Assembly: GCA_965603825.1 (NCBI GenBank)
Contig: CBFDEM010000027.1
Location: 372,001 to 436,000 of the forward strand
Source: Blepharisma stoltei ATCC 30299
Lineage: Eukaryota; Protista; Ciliophora
Reading direction: 5' to 3'
Length of the DNA: 64,000 bases
Part shown: positions 1 through 13,000 of the stretch, piece after piece
How positions within the stretch are numbered: the stretch's first letter is position 1
How the letters are laid out: every line of letters begins with the position of its first letter
Notes under the pieces: generated by a model
The model's database searches: none
Told to the model about the DNA's origin: nothing
What the model saw: only the letters and a program-made list of their open reading frames with translations
Translations under genes and position numbers: made by a program

Positions 1-2
1 TA

Positions 3-1859
3 ATTTTGTCACATGAAGGTACAAGTCTGTCTGAGGAATCGCTTCCAAAGGGTATTATACATCCTGGCAGCAAATGCAAAGCATGCTGGGATATTTTTGT
101 AGGAATAATTTTATTGTACACGGCAATAACTACCCCATTTGTATTAGCATTTGTTACAACCTCAGATTTTGATTTTTGATTCTGGATGGACTTTTTTATT
201 GATCTTTCCTTTTTGTCTGACACAATAGTACAGCTTAATACAGCTTTTTATTCAAAAGAAGGAAAACTTATGTACACAAGGAAACAAATTTTTTGAAATT
301 ATTTAAAAGGGTGGCTAATCATCGATGTTTTAGCATCAATTCCGCTCGGGATGATTGAAGCTTTAGTTTCAGTAGGATATCCAGGTGGTATCAATCATTT
401 TATCAAATTTTTTAGGCTAAAATCATTGCCAAGGCTGTTTCGGCTGTCAAAGCTGACTAAATTTATGAAAAATAAGGAAGCAGCGAGCTATATAGAAAAC
501 ATTCAAGGCGCTTTTAGCATAAACTACACGGCTATGAGGATGATAAGTGCTATTTCTGCCATAATTATATGCCTTCATATAGTGGCATGCTTATGATTTT
601 ATACTGCAAAAGCAGATGATTTTTCGACTGACACATGGGTGTTCAGATACCATTATTTGGATAACGATATATGAACTCTCTACCTTACTTGTATATATTG
701 AGGCACGGCTACTTTAGCAACGGTTGGCTATGGCGATATAGCTCCTTATTCAAATTCAGAAAAATTTTTAGCTATGTTTTGGATGGTATGTGGGGTCTAT
801 TTTCTATCCTTTACAATTAGTTCTTTATCTACAATGCTTACCAAACAAGATCTTAAAAAAAATATAGTAGACTACAGGCTATCAGTTGCTGATGAATTTG
901 TCAAAGAAGCAAGAATATCGGGAGAAATCAAGAAAAAAATGCAAAAAACTATAAGACAATTCACTGAGAAAAATGGATTTACATTTGATGAAAAAGAAGA
1001 ACTTATTAATGAGCTCCCAAAGCATTTGCGATATGAAATCGCAATGAATATGCATCATGGTGCTATTCGTTTATTTTCGTTTTTTACGCTAAAAGACTAT
1101 TCATTTATTGCGAGTATAGTTCCCTATTTACAGCCCTTATTAGTAGATGTTAATGAAATTATCTGCAATGTAGGTGAGGCTCCTCAGAATATTTATTTTA
1201 TTGTTAATGGTAAAGTAAGCTACATAAAAGACAAAGAAGGAATAGTCTATCGCACACTCCAACAAGGTCATTATTTTGGCGATATTGAACTTGTTAAGAA
1301 GGTCGCGAGAAAATACAAAATTGTTGCAAGCACTGATACATTTTTACTAATCATGGGCAAAAAAACAATAGAAAAAATCCAACTTGAATTTCCAACTGTT
1401 TGGAAAGAAATCGGGATGATTGCTGAAGAAAGGGACAGAAAAATCAAAAAAGCTTTAGCTGAAACGTTAGCTTTATATAAAGCAAATAAAGCGGGGAAAA
1501 TCCAAGACCTAAAAGCGGATGAGTTTAGGGAGCTTATTAATCAAGAAATCGGTGAAGAAAATTGTGAGACTGAAGACGAAGAAGGAAATTTTAAATTTTC
1601 TATAAGAATGAGGAATAAAGAAATTTTGAAGGTAAAAAAACAAATAAATAAAAATACAGAATGCTTAGAAAGAATTGAGCAGCTAATGGAGAAAATAATG
1701 CAAAAACAAAAAAAAATCCCGATATTGCCTTCTCCACCTGTGAATTATATAAGGAGGTCGCTTAGAGGAAGCCTGCCTCAAATTAATATAGGATCTATTT
1801 CAAGAAATCCTTTAATGGAGACGTCACCGAGCAATTTAACTGAAGACACTGCATCTTAG
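3..1859 (+). CDS. KCNH/CNG-like cyclic-nucleotide-binding-domain K+ channel (5' partial)
   Basis: One frame from the window start with TGA=Trp, joining ORFs 351-596 and 774-1859. S4-like RLKSLPRLFRLSK, pore TLATVGYGD, CNBD GHYFGDIE. Ends TAG. Confidence 0.9.
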
Positions 1860-1941
1860 TGCCTTTTTTGATTGTTGTCATAATAATTTCATTCACTTAA
1901 ATTTATAATAAACTGCATTATAAATTAAATTCTAGTTTTCT

Positions 1942-3063
1942 TTATAAGTTTTCCTTATTTGGATTCATCCAAGGATCTTCTAAAATTTGTTGGCATGTTG
2001 GCCTTTTATAAGGATCTATCTGAATCATTCTTTTAATTAACAATCTTGCTTGAGGAGCTACAACAGTGGGAATTTCAAAGCTGCCTATCAATATTTTTCT
2101 GTATACTTCTCTATCAGAATTCCCTGCAAAAGGGAAAACACCTGACAGCATCACAAATAATAGCACTCCTAACGCCCATACATCAGCGGGGCCACCAAAA
2201 TATTCGCGCTTGCTTACGATTTCAGGAGCCATATAACTTGGTGTTCCGCAAAACATTTTGATTTTTTCATCAAAAACATTTGTCGAAAATCCAAAATCAA
2301 TTAATTTTATGCTTTTGGCTCCATCAAGTAGAATATTTTCAAGCTTGATATCTCTGTGAATAATTTTTAAATTATGGCAATAATTTACAGCTCTGACAAC
2401 TTGAGTAAATAGCTGCCTAGCTTCATCTTCTGGGATTTGACGGTTAGTTTTTCGCTTGATATAGCTATGCAAAGATAAGCCATCTATATGCTCCATAACA
2501 ATGTGAATATGCTTTGGAGAATCTATTGCTTCTTTAATTCCAATAATATTTGGATGCTTAAGGTTTTGCATAATTTTTATTTCGTTTCTTACATTTTTGC
2601 GCTTTTGAGGATCAGATATTTTGGTCTTTTCATATGTTTTTACCGCGAATCTGTTTTTCGTTAGATTGCTATATGAATCCCGCACTACGGCATAAGATCC
2701 GCAACCAATAATAGAACCAATCGTGTAATCGCTAGTAGAGCCAGAATAGATGCTATCTTTTTCTTCTGTCAAGGGCCTAGGAGAGGTTAAAACCATAGGA
2801 GTTTTTGACCTCATAATTATTTTCTTTTCAGTAAGTTTTGTGGGCAAATTTGATGCATTTCTTTTTAGTCTATTCACTATCGGAGCTTCTGCTTTATAAT
2901 TCGTTAAAGGGTTGATATATGCGGTTTCTGTATTTTTTATGTTAGAAAGAGGAGTTTTTGTGCGAAAAGCTAATAAGTTATTAGTAAATGTATTCTTTGC
3001 AGTAGGAGTAGTATTGAGTCTGCGTGGATATCTCTGCACTATTAACGGACTTTTGGATGACAT
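1942..3063 (-). CDS. Ser/Thr kinase, CAMK group (MARK/AMPK-like)
   Basis: GCGSYAVV, AVK, HRDIKLEN, DFG, FCGTPSYMAPE, DVWALG; disordered N-terminus. Confidence 0.92.
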   Translation of the reverse strand: MSSKSPLIVQRYPRRLNTTPTAKNTFTNNLLAFRTKTPLSNIKNTETAYINPLTNYKAEAPIVNRLKRNASNLPTKLTEKKIIMRSKTPMVLTSPRPLTEEKDSIYSGSTSDYTIGSIIGCGSYAVVRDSYSNLTKNRFAVKTYEKTKISDPQKRKNVRNEIKIMQNLKHPNIIGIKEAIDSPKHIHIVMEHIDGLSLHSYIKRKTNRQIPEDEARQLFTQVVRAVNYCHNLKIIHRDIKLENILLDGAKSIKLIDFGFSTNVFDEKIKMFCGTPSYMAPEIVSKREYFGGPADVWALGVLLFVMLSGVFPFAGNSDREVYRKILIGSFEIPTVVAPQARLLIKRMIQIDPYKRPTCQQILEDPWMNPNKENL

Positions 3064-3208
3064 TTCTTGTATTTAGTATGATAATAGTAGTAATTTAATT
3101 CCAATCATTTATTTTCTTCAGTAATTTATTATAAGTTTACGAGAGTAAGCATAAATAAAGTAGAATTTCTATTAAATTATTTTATCTTGAGATTTAATCC
3201 CATATTTA

Positions 3209-4834
3209 ATGGAAAAAGGAAACCCCTTTGCAGATAATGTTTCCTTATCTCCAGAACTCCGGCAATATTTTGAATGAGCTTACAGCAAAAACATAAGATG
3301 GCCTAAGCTTGAATATCCTGCGATTTTCCCTCCTGGCTACAAAGGTACAAGAGCTGCAGAAGATATCCATCCAGGCGAAACCATAATTTCTGTACCAAGT
3401 GACTGTATTTTTTCTGCTAACCTTGCCAAACGAAGTATAGTATATGAAAAAATATCAGAATTATCAGACCCATTTAAGCCATATGAAGGATATTTCGATG
3501 AACTTCTTTTAGTCTCATTTCTGATTTGAGAAAAATTTAAAGGAGAATCATCAGAGTGGCATTTTTTTATTCAAGCTCAGCCAACTGATGCCAAAGTCCT
3601 TCAAGATTGGCCAATTGCAGACATTAAAGAGCTGCAAGATATAGACTTAGAATATGATAGTGAGAGATCAAACTATTTATTAAATTATTTATACACAACC
3701 TGAGAAGGAGATCTTAAGAGAACTCTTATTTTTACTGATGAAATGCTGACCTTTGAAAATTTTCTTTGGGGGTGAAGGCTATTGCTAACACGCACATTTG
3801 GCAAATTAGTCCCTAGTATATCATTTGTTCCAATAGCAGAATTTCTAAACCATAATCTTATTGAAACTCATTACTACTATCTCTCCAACTCAGAAGAGCC
3901 AGACTATAGTGCTAGAGTCTATAATATTGAAGACTATGAAGATTATGATGACCCAATTTATGAAAGAATTGCCACATCAGAAATTTCGTTTAAACTAATC
4001 GCAACCATTTATAAAGACTCTCTTCTAAATATTTCTCAGGCCTGCCAAGAAAAGCTTGAAAAAATAATTGAAATAGCTGAATCAAAAGATTTAGATAGGG
4101 AAAATGCAAAAAAAATAAAAATGGATTGGAAGCCTCCTATTTCAGCGACAATTGAAGATTCTAGTAAAAGCGTGGTAATCAAAGCAGGACTAGAGGAATT
4201 TTATGTAAAAGGATCAGAAGTGTACATGAGCTATGGGAGATATTCAAACAGGCAGCTATTGACAGTTTATGGGTTTTCTTTGAAAAATATAAAGTATAAT
4301 TATGCAACTTTAAAAATAAAAATTGAGGATCTTGCTAGTGATCCTAGAATGCAAGATTACATTATTGAAAATGGCTTTGACGATGTATATGCTTTTAAAC
4401 TCTATAACAGTATAATCCCCATCGGACTTTTCACTGTTATAAGAGCATTTAAATGAAGAAAAAACATGTGGCCAGAGGCTTTTTTGCAACCTACTTACAT
4501 TAAAAATGAATTGGAAATCCTTTCTGATTCGAAAAAGTTTATAAAAGAGTATTTGGATGATTTTCCGACGACATTGGGTGAAGATTTAAATTTATTGGAA
4601 CAAGATTTATCCATAAATAAATACTTCGCTGTAGTCTACAGAAGCGAAATAAAGAAAATCCTTCACAACCAGATTTCCATTGTTACAACCCTTCATGAAG
4701 CGGTTTCATTTATTAATAAGGGCAAAAGTCTTCAGGATTATTTAAATCTTGTTAAGACTTCTGAAAACTTCTTAGAAATCCCATCTTGCTATCCCTCAAT
4801 AGAAAATTATTTAACGAATTTAAATCTCCTCTAA
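3209..4834 (+). CDS. SET-domain protein-lysine methyltransferase (Rubisco LSMT/SETD3-SETD6 type)
   Basis: ATG 3209, open with TGA=Trp. GTRAAEDIHPGETIISVP, FVPIAEFLNH, SYGRYSNRQLLTVYGF, LSMT substrate-binding C-terminus (FPTTLGEDL). Confidence 0.88.
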
Positions 4835-4874
4835 GCATTTTTCAAAATATAAATTTATAACCTAAACTACCAAA

Positions 4875-6140
4875 ATGGGATGTGCAAGTTCTAAAAGCGT
4901 AGCCCGCCCTGGGAAAAAGAGCAATCCAGTTGTAGTACCTAAGCAGTATTGTTCTGAGACTACTGCAATTCCAGTTTTGCACTGAAAAAGAGGACAGCCT
5001 ATAGGAGAAGGTGCATATGGAAAAGTCTATGAATGTTTAAATATTGAGACTGGCGAGTTACTAGCAGCGAAGCGTGTCAGTCTATCAGGAGATCCAAAGC
5101 AAATTGTTGCTGAAGTAAGCAACCTGAAAAAAGAAATATCCACTCTGAAGGAGCTGAAACATAAAAACATTGTACGATACGTATACACAGATGTGAGTGC
5201 TGACAATATGGGAGTTGACATTATCATGGAATACGTCCCAGGAGGATCTGTTAGACATTTATTAAATAAATTCGGCAAACTCCATGAAAAAACAGTACAA
5301 AAATACACTAAAGAATTACTAGAAGGCCTAACATTTTTGCACAGCAAAGGGATTGTCCATAGAGACATAAAATGTGCAAATCTGTTGGTAGATAACGACG
5401 GCGTTATAAAACTTTCAGACTTTGGTGCAAGCAAAAGGCTTGGATCAACAATCCATGTTGAAGATTCTAAGTTATGCAAATCATTGAGAGGATCTCCTTA
5501 CTGAATGGCACCTGAAGTGGTAAAACGATCAGGCCACTCTTACGCTGCCGATATATGATCTGTAGGCTGCGTTGTAATTGAAATGATATCAGGCCAGCCT
5601 CCTTGGTCAAATTTTTCTAAAGATGTCAAGCAGGTTCTTCAGATTATTACCGAAACTAAAACGCCTCCAGAATTTCCAAAAAATATTTCTGCACCATGCG
5701 TAGCTTTCCTCCGAGCTTGCCTAAACTTAAATCCTGATTTGAGGCCTAAAGCGAGCGATTTATTATCTCACCCATTTATTACTGAGAAAATTGACTATAC
5801 AAAAGAAGTCAAAGAAGAAAAAGAGGAAGAAGTGGATGAATTAATGAGTTTAGAAGATATGATCATGCCAGATGATAAAATTGTAGATTTAGACCCATAT
5901 GGAGAAGTATATGCAATTGATGAAATCCCGCAGACTGGGCTGCAAGTCACCAGCACAAATCCAACACAGTCAGCTTATAGTTCGAAGAAAGAAAAATCAG
6001 AAATTGCAGAAACAGCTGCAGCGAAAAAAATTAGAGAAGAAGAACAAAGGAAAATAATGACAAAGCAGGCGATTGAAAAAGCAAAAAGAGAAGCTTGGGA
6101 AAGAGAGCTGCAGCTAGAGTCTGATTTGAATGCATTATAA
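4875..6140 (+). CDS. STE11/MEKK-family MAP kinase kinase kinase, predicted N-acylated (MGCASS)
   Basis: W(TGA)KRGQPIGEGAYGKV, MEYVPGGS, HRDIKCANLL, DFG, GSPY-W(TGA)-MAPE, ADI-W(TGA)-SVG. Confidence 0.92.
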
Positions 6141-6637
6141 TGTTGATTAATAAATTACTGGTAAATAAGCGGTTAAGCTTATAAATCTCGAATTATTTAT
6201 TTTTTAGTCTCCAAATTAGCTAATTATTGTGATTTATTATTAGATACGCAGAGGAAAACAAAATTTATAATTTTTTTAGAAGAAAAAATTAGGGAATTTT
6301 AAGAGAGGTGAGTCTAAGGGATATTTTTATGTAGCTGAAAGTTTGAGGAGATCATGGTGAGGTAAAATGGGAGTTATAAATCAAAAAATACAAGAGTTTA
6401 AATAAGAGAAATTGGTTCCCTTGGGGTGACTTAATTAAATTAATGATTTATTCTTGAGATAACTCTTTAATAATTCATTAAACCCTTTAACTCTTTTACC
6501 CATCCCTTGCTTTTTGACAACTCTCTTAGATTTGAGTTATCAGCGAGCTATCTTTCTCTATCAGAGAAAAAATTATTAAGTTATGATTATTCAACACATT
6601 TTTATTATCTCTTATAGCATAATTAAATGATAAAAAA

Positions 6638-8779
6638 TTATTCAGCATTTTCATGCTCATCCTCTACAGGAGTCCTCGTCTCTTCAGTCTCACTTTTTCT
6701 TCTTAAATTATCTCCAGTATAAGGTGGAAGAGCTTTTCTTTCATAAATATCACTCCAATTAATATCTCTAAAAAAATCATGATTTTTTATTTCTTCAATA
6801 GCAGGCCTCTTATCAGAGTTGTTATTCATCAGCATATGAATTAGACTTCTTGCATCTTGTGTAATAAAATGCGGATATCTTATAACTCCAGATTTAATTT
6901 TTTTGTGCCAAGATGCTAGATCTTCAGAGTAAAAAGGAAGAAATCCTGCTAGCAAAGTAAATAAGCAAACTCCCAAAGAATAAATATCGACTTGCTTATA
7001 AGCTCCGGGGTTTTGGAGTTCTGGAGCAATAATCTTTGGAGGCTCATTAGGAGATAGTTCTTTTTTTTCAGTAAAATTGAAAACAGAAAGTTTTGCATGC
7101 CCATGCATGTCAATTAAAATATTTTCAAGCTTCAAGTCTTTATATACAAAATCTAACGAGTGAAGATGCTCAATAGCAAGTAATGTTTCTGCAATATAAA
7201 ACCTCGCAGCATCCTCAGGCAGAGTTTTTTTGGTTTTTAATAAATCCATGAGACTTCCATAATTAAACGCTTCTAAAACTAAGTATATGTTTTTAGGTGT
7301 TTGAAAAGCCCAATACATATCCATAATAAACGGGTGCCTAACTGTCTTAAAAATTTTGCTGCATGAGATGGCGTATTTTATTTGGTCATTCTTTTTTAAT
7401 GTAATTTTGTCAAGTGATTTTATAATAAACATTTCCCCCGTATTTTTTTTTCTAACTAAAAACGATTTTCCATAAGTTTCTGCAGATATTTCATCAATTG
7501 TGTCAAAACAGGAAAAATTAATAATTTCTTCAGTGTCTTCTTCAGTGTTAATTTGTTTGTCATCTTCTTCAAACTGCAAATATCTTGGCTTTATCCTAAA
7601 CCTTTCTTCATTTTCATCTTCAGACTCTTCAAAGCTGCTCCTCCTTTTCTTACTTATTTGCAAATATTTTATGGCTTCTAATATTTGGTCAGCTCAAACT
7701 CTTGTCATATCAGCAAACTTGCAGTAATATTTCAGGGTATTTTCTTTAGCTTCAATAATGAAAAAATGCTTATCAGAGTTTTCTTTTTCAGAAAAAATCC
7801 TGACATCTTCTATGTCTTTTATTTTTATGCAAAAATCAGGAGGCTGAGAATCCAAAAATGAAATTCTATGATGGTAATGGTTTAAGTGCCCATCGTTTAT
7901 ATTGAGTACTAGAAAAGCATGTTTATCGTTAATTTGTCAAGGAGCTGACCAATATACATGCCCGCTGAAGCAAGGAGGCTTTTCAATATTTTCTTTTTTT
8001 GAATATTTTAACAATTCTCCTTCACCTGTATATTGGGGAATTAATTCAATGATTTTTGTTTTTTGAGTTAACTCTAATGCAACTTTTCCATAAGGATCTT
8101 CTAAATTAATATCAGCTTTATTTTCTAGCAGTAGTTTAACTATTTTTGTGCGCCCTGTCTCGCATGCTAGATGTAACCCTGTTCCTTTATCTTCACTCAT
8201 CCTATTAATCTGAATCAACGGTGAGTGCAAGAGAGCTTCCACACATGGCAAAAAACCATAATAGCATGCTAATTGCAAAGGAGTTCAGTGGTCATCTGTT
8301 TCTAAGTTGCAGCTTGCACCTAAATTCAATAACTCTCGCAATAGCTTATGATGTCCATTCAGACATGCAAAATGAATTGGTCTTCATCTATTATTTGAAG
8401 GACCATTTATTAGGTCGATTGCGTTCTCTTCTAATAAAAATAATGATTTTTCCTTAGAATAATTTAATAAAATCTCATGAAGCTGATCAATATTGCCTTC
8501 TTTTGCTGCATCACATAGATTTTCTATTCAAATATTGGTGCTTGCAGGAGTTTGAGGCTCTATTGTGGGGCTTGATGATTCCTTACTAGGAAGTAATAGA
8601 CTATGCCCATGCCGCTGCTTGATAGGAACACTGTATCTATAACTCGGATCTCCAATAGGTGTTTTTTCTGAAATCTAATTGGACGTTACTTTAGAAAAAT
8701 CGCGATGCTTTGAGCGAGATGATGTTGCAGGTAGGGATGCTTGAGTATGGAATTGACTTTCTTCATTTGATGTGCTCAT
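6638..8779 (-). CDS. Ankyrin repeat + PH + AGC-type (pseudo)kinase
   Basis: ATG 8779, 15-nt intron 8675-8689, TGA=Trp. ANK (GTGLHLACETG), PH-like segment, AGC kinase fold with degenerate motifs. Confidence 0.85.
8675..8689 (-). other. 15-nt spliceosomal intron gtaacgtccaattag
   Basis: GT..AG, A at position 10; removes an in-frame TAG. Confidence 0.8.
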
Positions 8780-8883
8780 TGGTAGATAAATTTAAGATGA
8801 TTTTATTATTACAATCCCATTAAACTTCCATTATTTAAAAGTAATATTTAAATACAGCAAAATATTAGCAAATTAAAACAAAA

Positions 8884-9933
8884 TTACTTCTTTTTCAGTT
8901 GATGAACATAATTTTCCTATATGAAATTTACCATCATATACCTTCTAATTCTAAATTTGATGGCTTCATTTTTCGTCATATGCACAGGCAATTTTTTTCC
9001 ATTAGAAAATTTTAAAGGATCTGCTTTATACTCTATCAATAAATTTATAAGTCTTTCACTACCAATCTTTGCAGCTAAATGCATAGGTGTCCTATGAAAC
9101 TACATAGCTTTTACATAATCAGCGGTATTTATATATGCTTTATTTTCTAGTAAAAATCTTGCTAAATTGACAAAATTTCTCATGCATGCCCAATGCAGTC
9201 CAGTCATTCCCATAGAGTCGAAAACATGGATAATATGTTTATCTTCAGCAACCATTGCCATAGCTTTAATCTCATTTCCATCTTTGCAAGCTTGGAGAAA
9301 TTCTTTAGCACCACTTTTATGATAAGGCTCTTTTGGTATTATTTTGTCCATTCTCCATATATCATCTGCAGTCAGTTTAAGGTTTTTCATTTCTCTTAAA
9401 CTATTTTTCAGACTTTTCATATACCTTTTTTGGGGCTTTTTTTGTTGAAAACTTTGTAAATACTCTGCATGTTTTAAAGAAGAAGCAGTCACAAGCTGAA
9501 GTTCTTCAATATTTGTAGGAGAAGTTTCTTTTCCTCGGTCTACAGGAGGTAGCCAGTCAGGCCCTGACGCTAACTGGAATTTTGATCTTGGAATTGTAAA
9601 AGTCCCAGCAAATTTACTTGTGAACTTTCCTTCTGCTTGGTCATATTTATCTTCAAAGCTGTCGTCTTCAATATTAGACTCATCGTCTCGTTTCGTATTT
9701 TCACGGTTAGCCTTAATTCTGTTTATTTCAAACTGTGCCTTCGAAGCTACAAGGTTTCGACTTGTAGCGGCTGGCGTAACACTTGTTTTTCATAAATTTG
9801 GAGTTTGAGCATGAAATGATAATTGAGATCTACGCAATAATTTTTTTTTAGGAAAAAGCTCTGTGCTTCAACGGCCTGAAGGGGATTGCTTGCATTCTTT
9901 TAGGATTTCTAGGCAAGATAAGTTTCTTCTCAT
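8884..9933 (-). CDS. Ankyrin repeat protein
   Basis: ATG 9933, TGA=Trp, introns 9100-9114 and 8917-8931. GMTGLHWAC and, after splicing, DYFHRTPMHLAA ankyrin repeats. Confidence 0.82.
8917..8931 (-). other. 15-nt intron gtaaatttcatatag
   Basis: GT..AG, A at position 10. Alternatively its TAG could be the real stop. Confidence 0.65.
9100..9114 (-). other. 15-nt intron gtaaaagctatgtag
   Basis: Removal restores an ankyrin repeat (NTADY|FHRTPMH). Confidence 0.88.
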
Positions 9934-10004
9934 TATTAAAGTAAAAGAAAATGCATAATTTAAGGAGAAATTAAAATAAAAAAAAATAAAAGAAAAATAT
10001 AAAA

Positions 10005-13000
10005 TTAGTCCAAATTTATATGACACAAATAATCTTGCACTTCCTGAGACCTGACAATGATTTTTTCAGGTAAAAGTAGGAGCATGGACCTTGACAGTCG
10101 CTTCCTTCTTTCTTGCTTTAGCAATGCCCTTCTGAAACTGAGGATAAAATAAAAGAAAGTCATCAAGCAGAAGCTAATTAATACATATTCTCTTATCAAA
10201 AAATAGCGACTTAAAATTGCGTGATAGTCATCTAGAACGTTATTTTGAACACCTTTCCCCATCAGTCATAAATATTTATATTCAAGCTCAAGTGCTCTTA
10301 GCAAATCCTTCCCTAGGTCATCCCACCTATCTTCAACAGTAAAGTTCAAAAGATTTCCATAGGTTTTCTTTATTATAAACTCTGAATCGAATATAAACGT
10401 CATTATTGATTCTCTATACCCGGAATCAAGAATATCTTTCAAAGGCGTGCAATCAATTCCTCCTATCAAGGACTCACAGTTATCTACAAACAAATCATTA
10501 TAAAAGTCAGATCTTGATAAAGAATAGATGTCACGGTATGGGATTTTCATTGAATCGTTACCTACAAGCAGAACTTCAATGTAATTCCTCAAATAGTCAG
10601 TTTCATTCATCAGTTCAGATGTGGTGTAATCAATTGATAAATAAGCATTCGCGTACGTGCCATTTATTTCAATAACTCCAGTGTATCCAGTTGTAGTTGA
10701 CAATACTGTGTTTAACAAGAAAAGATTGGTTCTTGTTAAAAGCACCTCTACAGTACCAAAATACTTCACAATTCTAACACCATGCTCGAGCAAATTCAAT
10801 GGGATCATTTGTCCTACCCAAAATTGAAGAACTAACACAAAAAGCAAAGAAACGATGCAAAAGATCAAAATACTCCGCATAAGACCATTTGTTAGCAATA
10901 TTTTTAATCTGGGTAGGCATTTTTTGTTATGTGCAATCAGCTTATGTCTTGTATTAGTGAATGAACCTAATTCTGATTTTTTATCAGAAAGGATGATTTC
11001 ATTTCATAGTTCTTCGCCAGCGCTATACTGCGCTCTGCAGTCTGGGTATGATTTATCTTTTCTCATGGCGAGCTTATTTATTGTGTCTTCTTCTAAAAAC
11101 GACACTAATCTTTGGTTTATGCTGAAAAACACTCCTACAACCTCCAAATGAATTCTTTCAGACTTAAAAAACAAAGGAATAGCGAAAAGAAGAAGTGCAG
11201 CCACGAGTACAACTTCTGATAATGCAAATCAAAGACCGAAGAGCATTGTGGTTTCTCTATCATCATAAGCTTGATCATTATATTTATCAGCCAAATAATC
11301 AAGTGAGCTCGCAATTGCATTCATCCCATTTTCAAAGACCCAGTAAGCTGTGGGATTATTTTCTACATCCCAAACGTCTCCTGTTGATTTAAGCAGTTTT
11401 TTTGTAAAAGTGACTTGCTGCATTATACTATTTATAGGGTTGAAGCTCTCAATATAATACCCTTTCGTTGAATCGTAGTTCAAGCATCCAATTTCAGAGT
11501 TTTGAAGCCAGGTAAAGCTTACATGATTGCTCATATCTGACGCCAAAGTGCTTAAATTCATAGCAGCATATCCTGCTTGCGTCATAATATTATCGACAGT
11601 TTCAGGCATATAAAGACCTTTCTGTGAAGCCTCAAGCAGCCTAACAAAAAACGATAGCAAGACACTATAGTTTTGAATGTCTGTCAAGCTGCCCATATAA
11701 TCTAATCTATCCGAATATGTATTAAACGACACTTCAGCATAATAAAAACTCAAGCTAAATACAGTTATCATAAAAGTGCCAAACAGAATGAAAAATAAAC
11801 TAAGCCTGTTCAGCTCAGGTGAAAAGCTTTTGTTCTTTTCTTCTATCTGTTTTCTTATATTCATCATGATTTTTTTGGTGCTTTTTAAGCCATTTTCTGT
11901 GTTTTCTGGATTTACAACCCCAGACTCAGTGCAGGTATTCCTGCGCGAAATTGATGACTCGATTCACCTTGCAAAGTGAGTTAGAAATAAATTTGTAGAC
12001 TTCGAGTATGGAGGAGCTTGGAACATTTTTATTATATAGAAGACACTTTTTTCAATGCAATGCTCAGAGATGTGGAAGATTACTTTTAGATAATGGCCGT
12101 TAGGAGTCAAAATAAAGGACTGAATGGGCTCGTAGTCTAGGTGGCGAGATTTTCGGCTTTTTATTGTTAGTTTGGCTTTTTCGAAAATGTATTTGAAGTT
12201 GGTAATCACCTCTCCAATGTCTTTGTGGCCGTGGAGATCTGGGATTACGCCGAAGTAGAAATGTGCTTGGCGGTTGAAATATATCATTTTTAAGTCTGAG
12301 TTTATGATTAATAAAGCGAATTCATAACTACTGACTGTGAATTGGCAAGTCAGCTTGTTTGCAAGATCAGGAAACATAGGTCTTTGATAAAATGCAATAG
12401 CATCTGCGGTATTTCCAAGCTTTGGGTCCTCCATAAATGAGTTGCTGAGGTTGCTAGCTCCATCCCCAGGCTTCAATGAATCTTTTCATGCCAAGCTTTT
12501 TCTTCTATTAAGCAAATCATCAGCTATTACAAATTTGCAAGGAGCTGATACTATGTATCCATCTTTATCAACAAAATACACATCATCAGGCGTGATTTCA
12601 TTTAAATCTTCCCAATAATCCTTAAAAATATCAATTTTCGCAATAAAATCTTTTCCAAATGGATCAGGCATAAATTTAATAATATTTTGGTTAATCAGCA
12701 ATGCCTTAGGATACTGTAATCACAGCAAAAAGCTTGCATTTACTTTTTCTACTTGCCCACTTGTGTGTCCTGCAATAGTGATCTCTAACTCAGGATCCAT
12801 CAAAAAGATATCTTTTGATACCGGCTTGGCTGAATCCTGTGCTCTTATATCATGAACTCTATTTCTCAAATTTCTTACTTCTAAATCGTCTCTATGCATT
12901 AAGTCCTGTAAAAAATACACATACATAGGGAGCATCTTTTTGTGAGTTCTGTCCACATTCATCAAATACTGATAATGACTGTAAGCTGTGTCAAAATTTT

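Noticed and set aside
6240-6570. G-rich then C-rich halves between convergent genes, suggesting a long hairpin or MITE
   Set aside because: No convincing base-paired arms; strand skew downstream of two convergent genes explains it.
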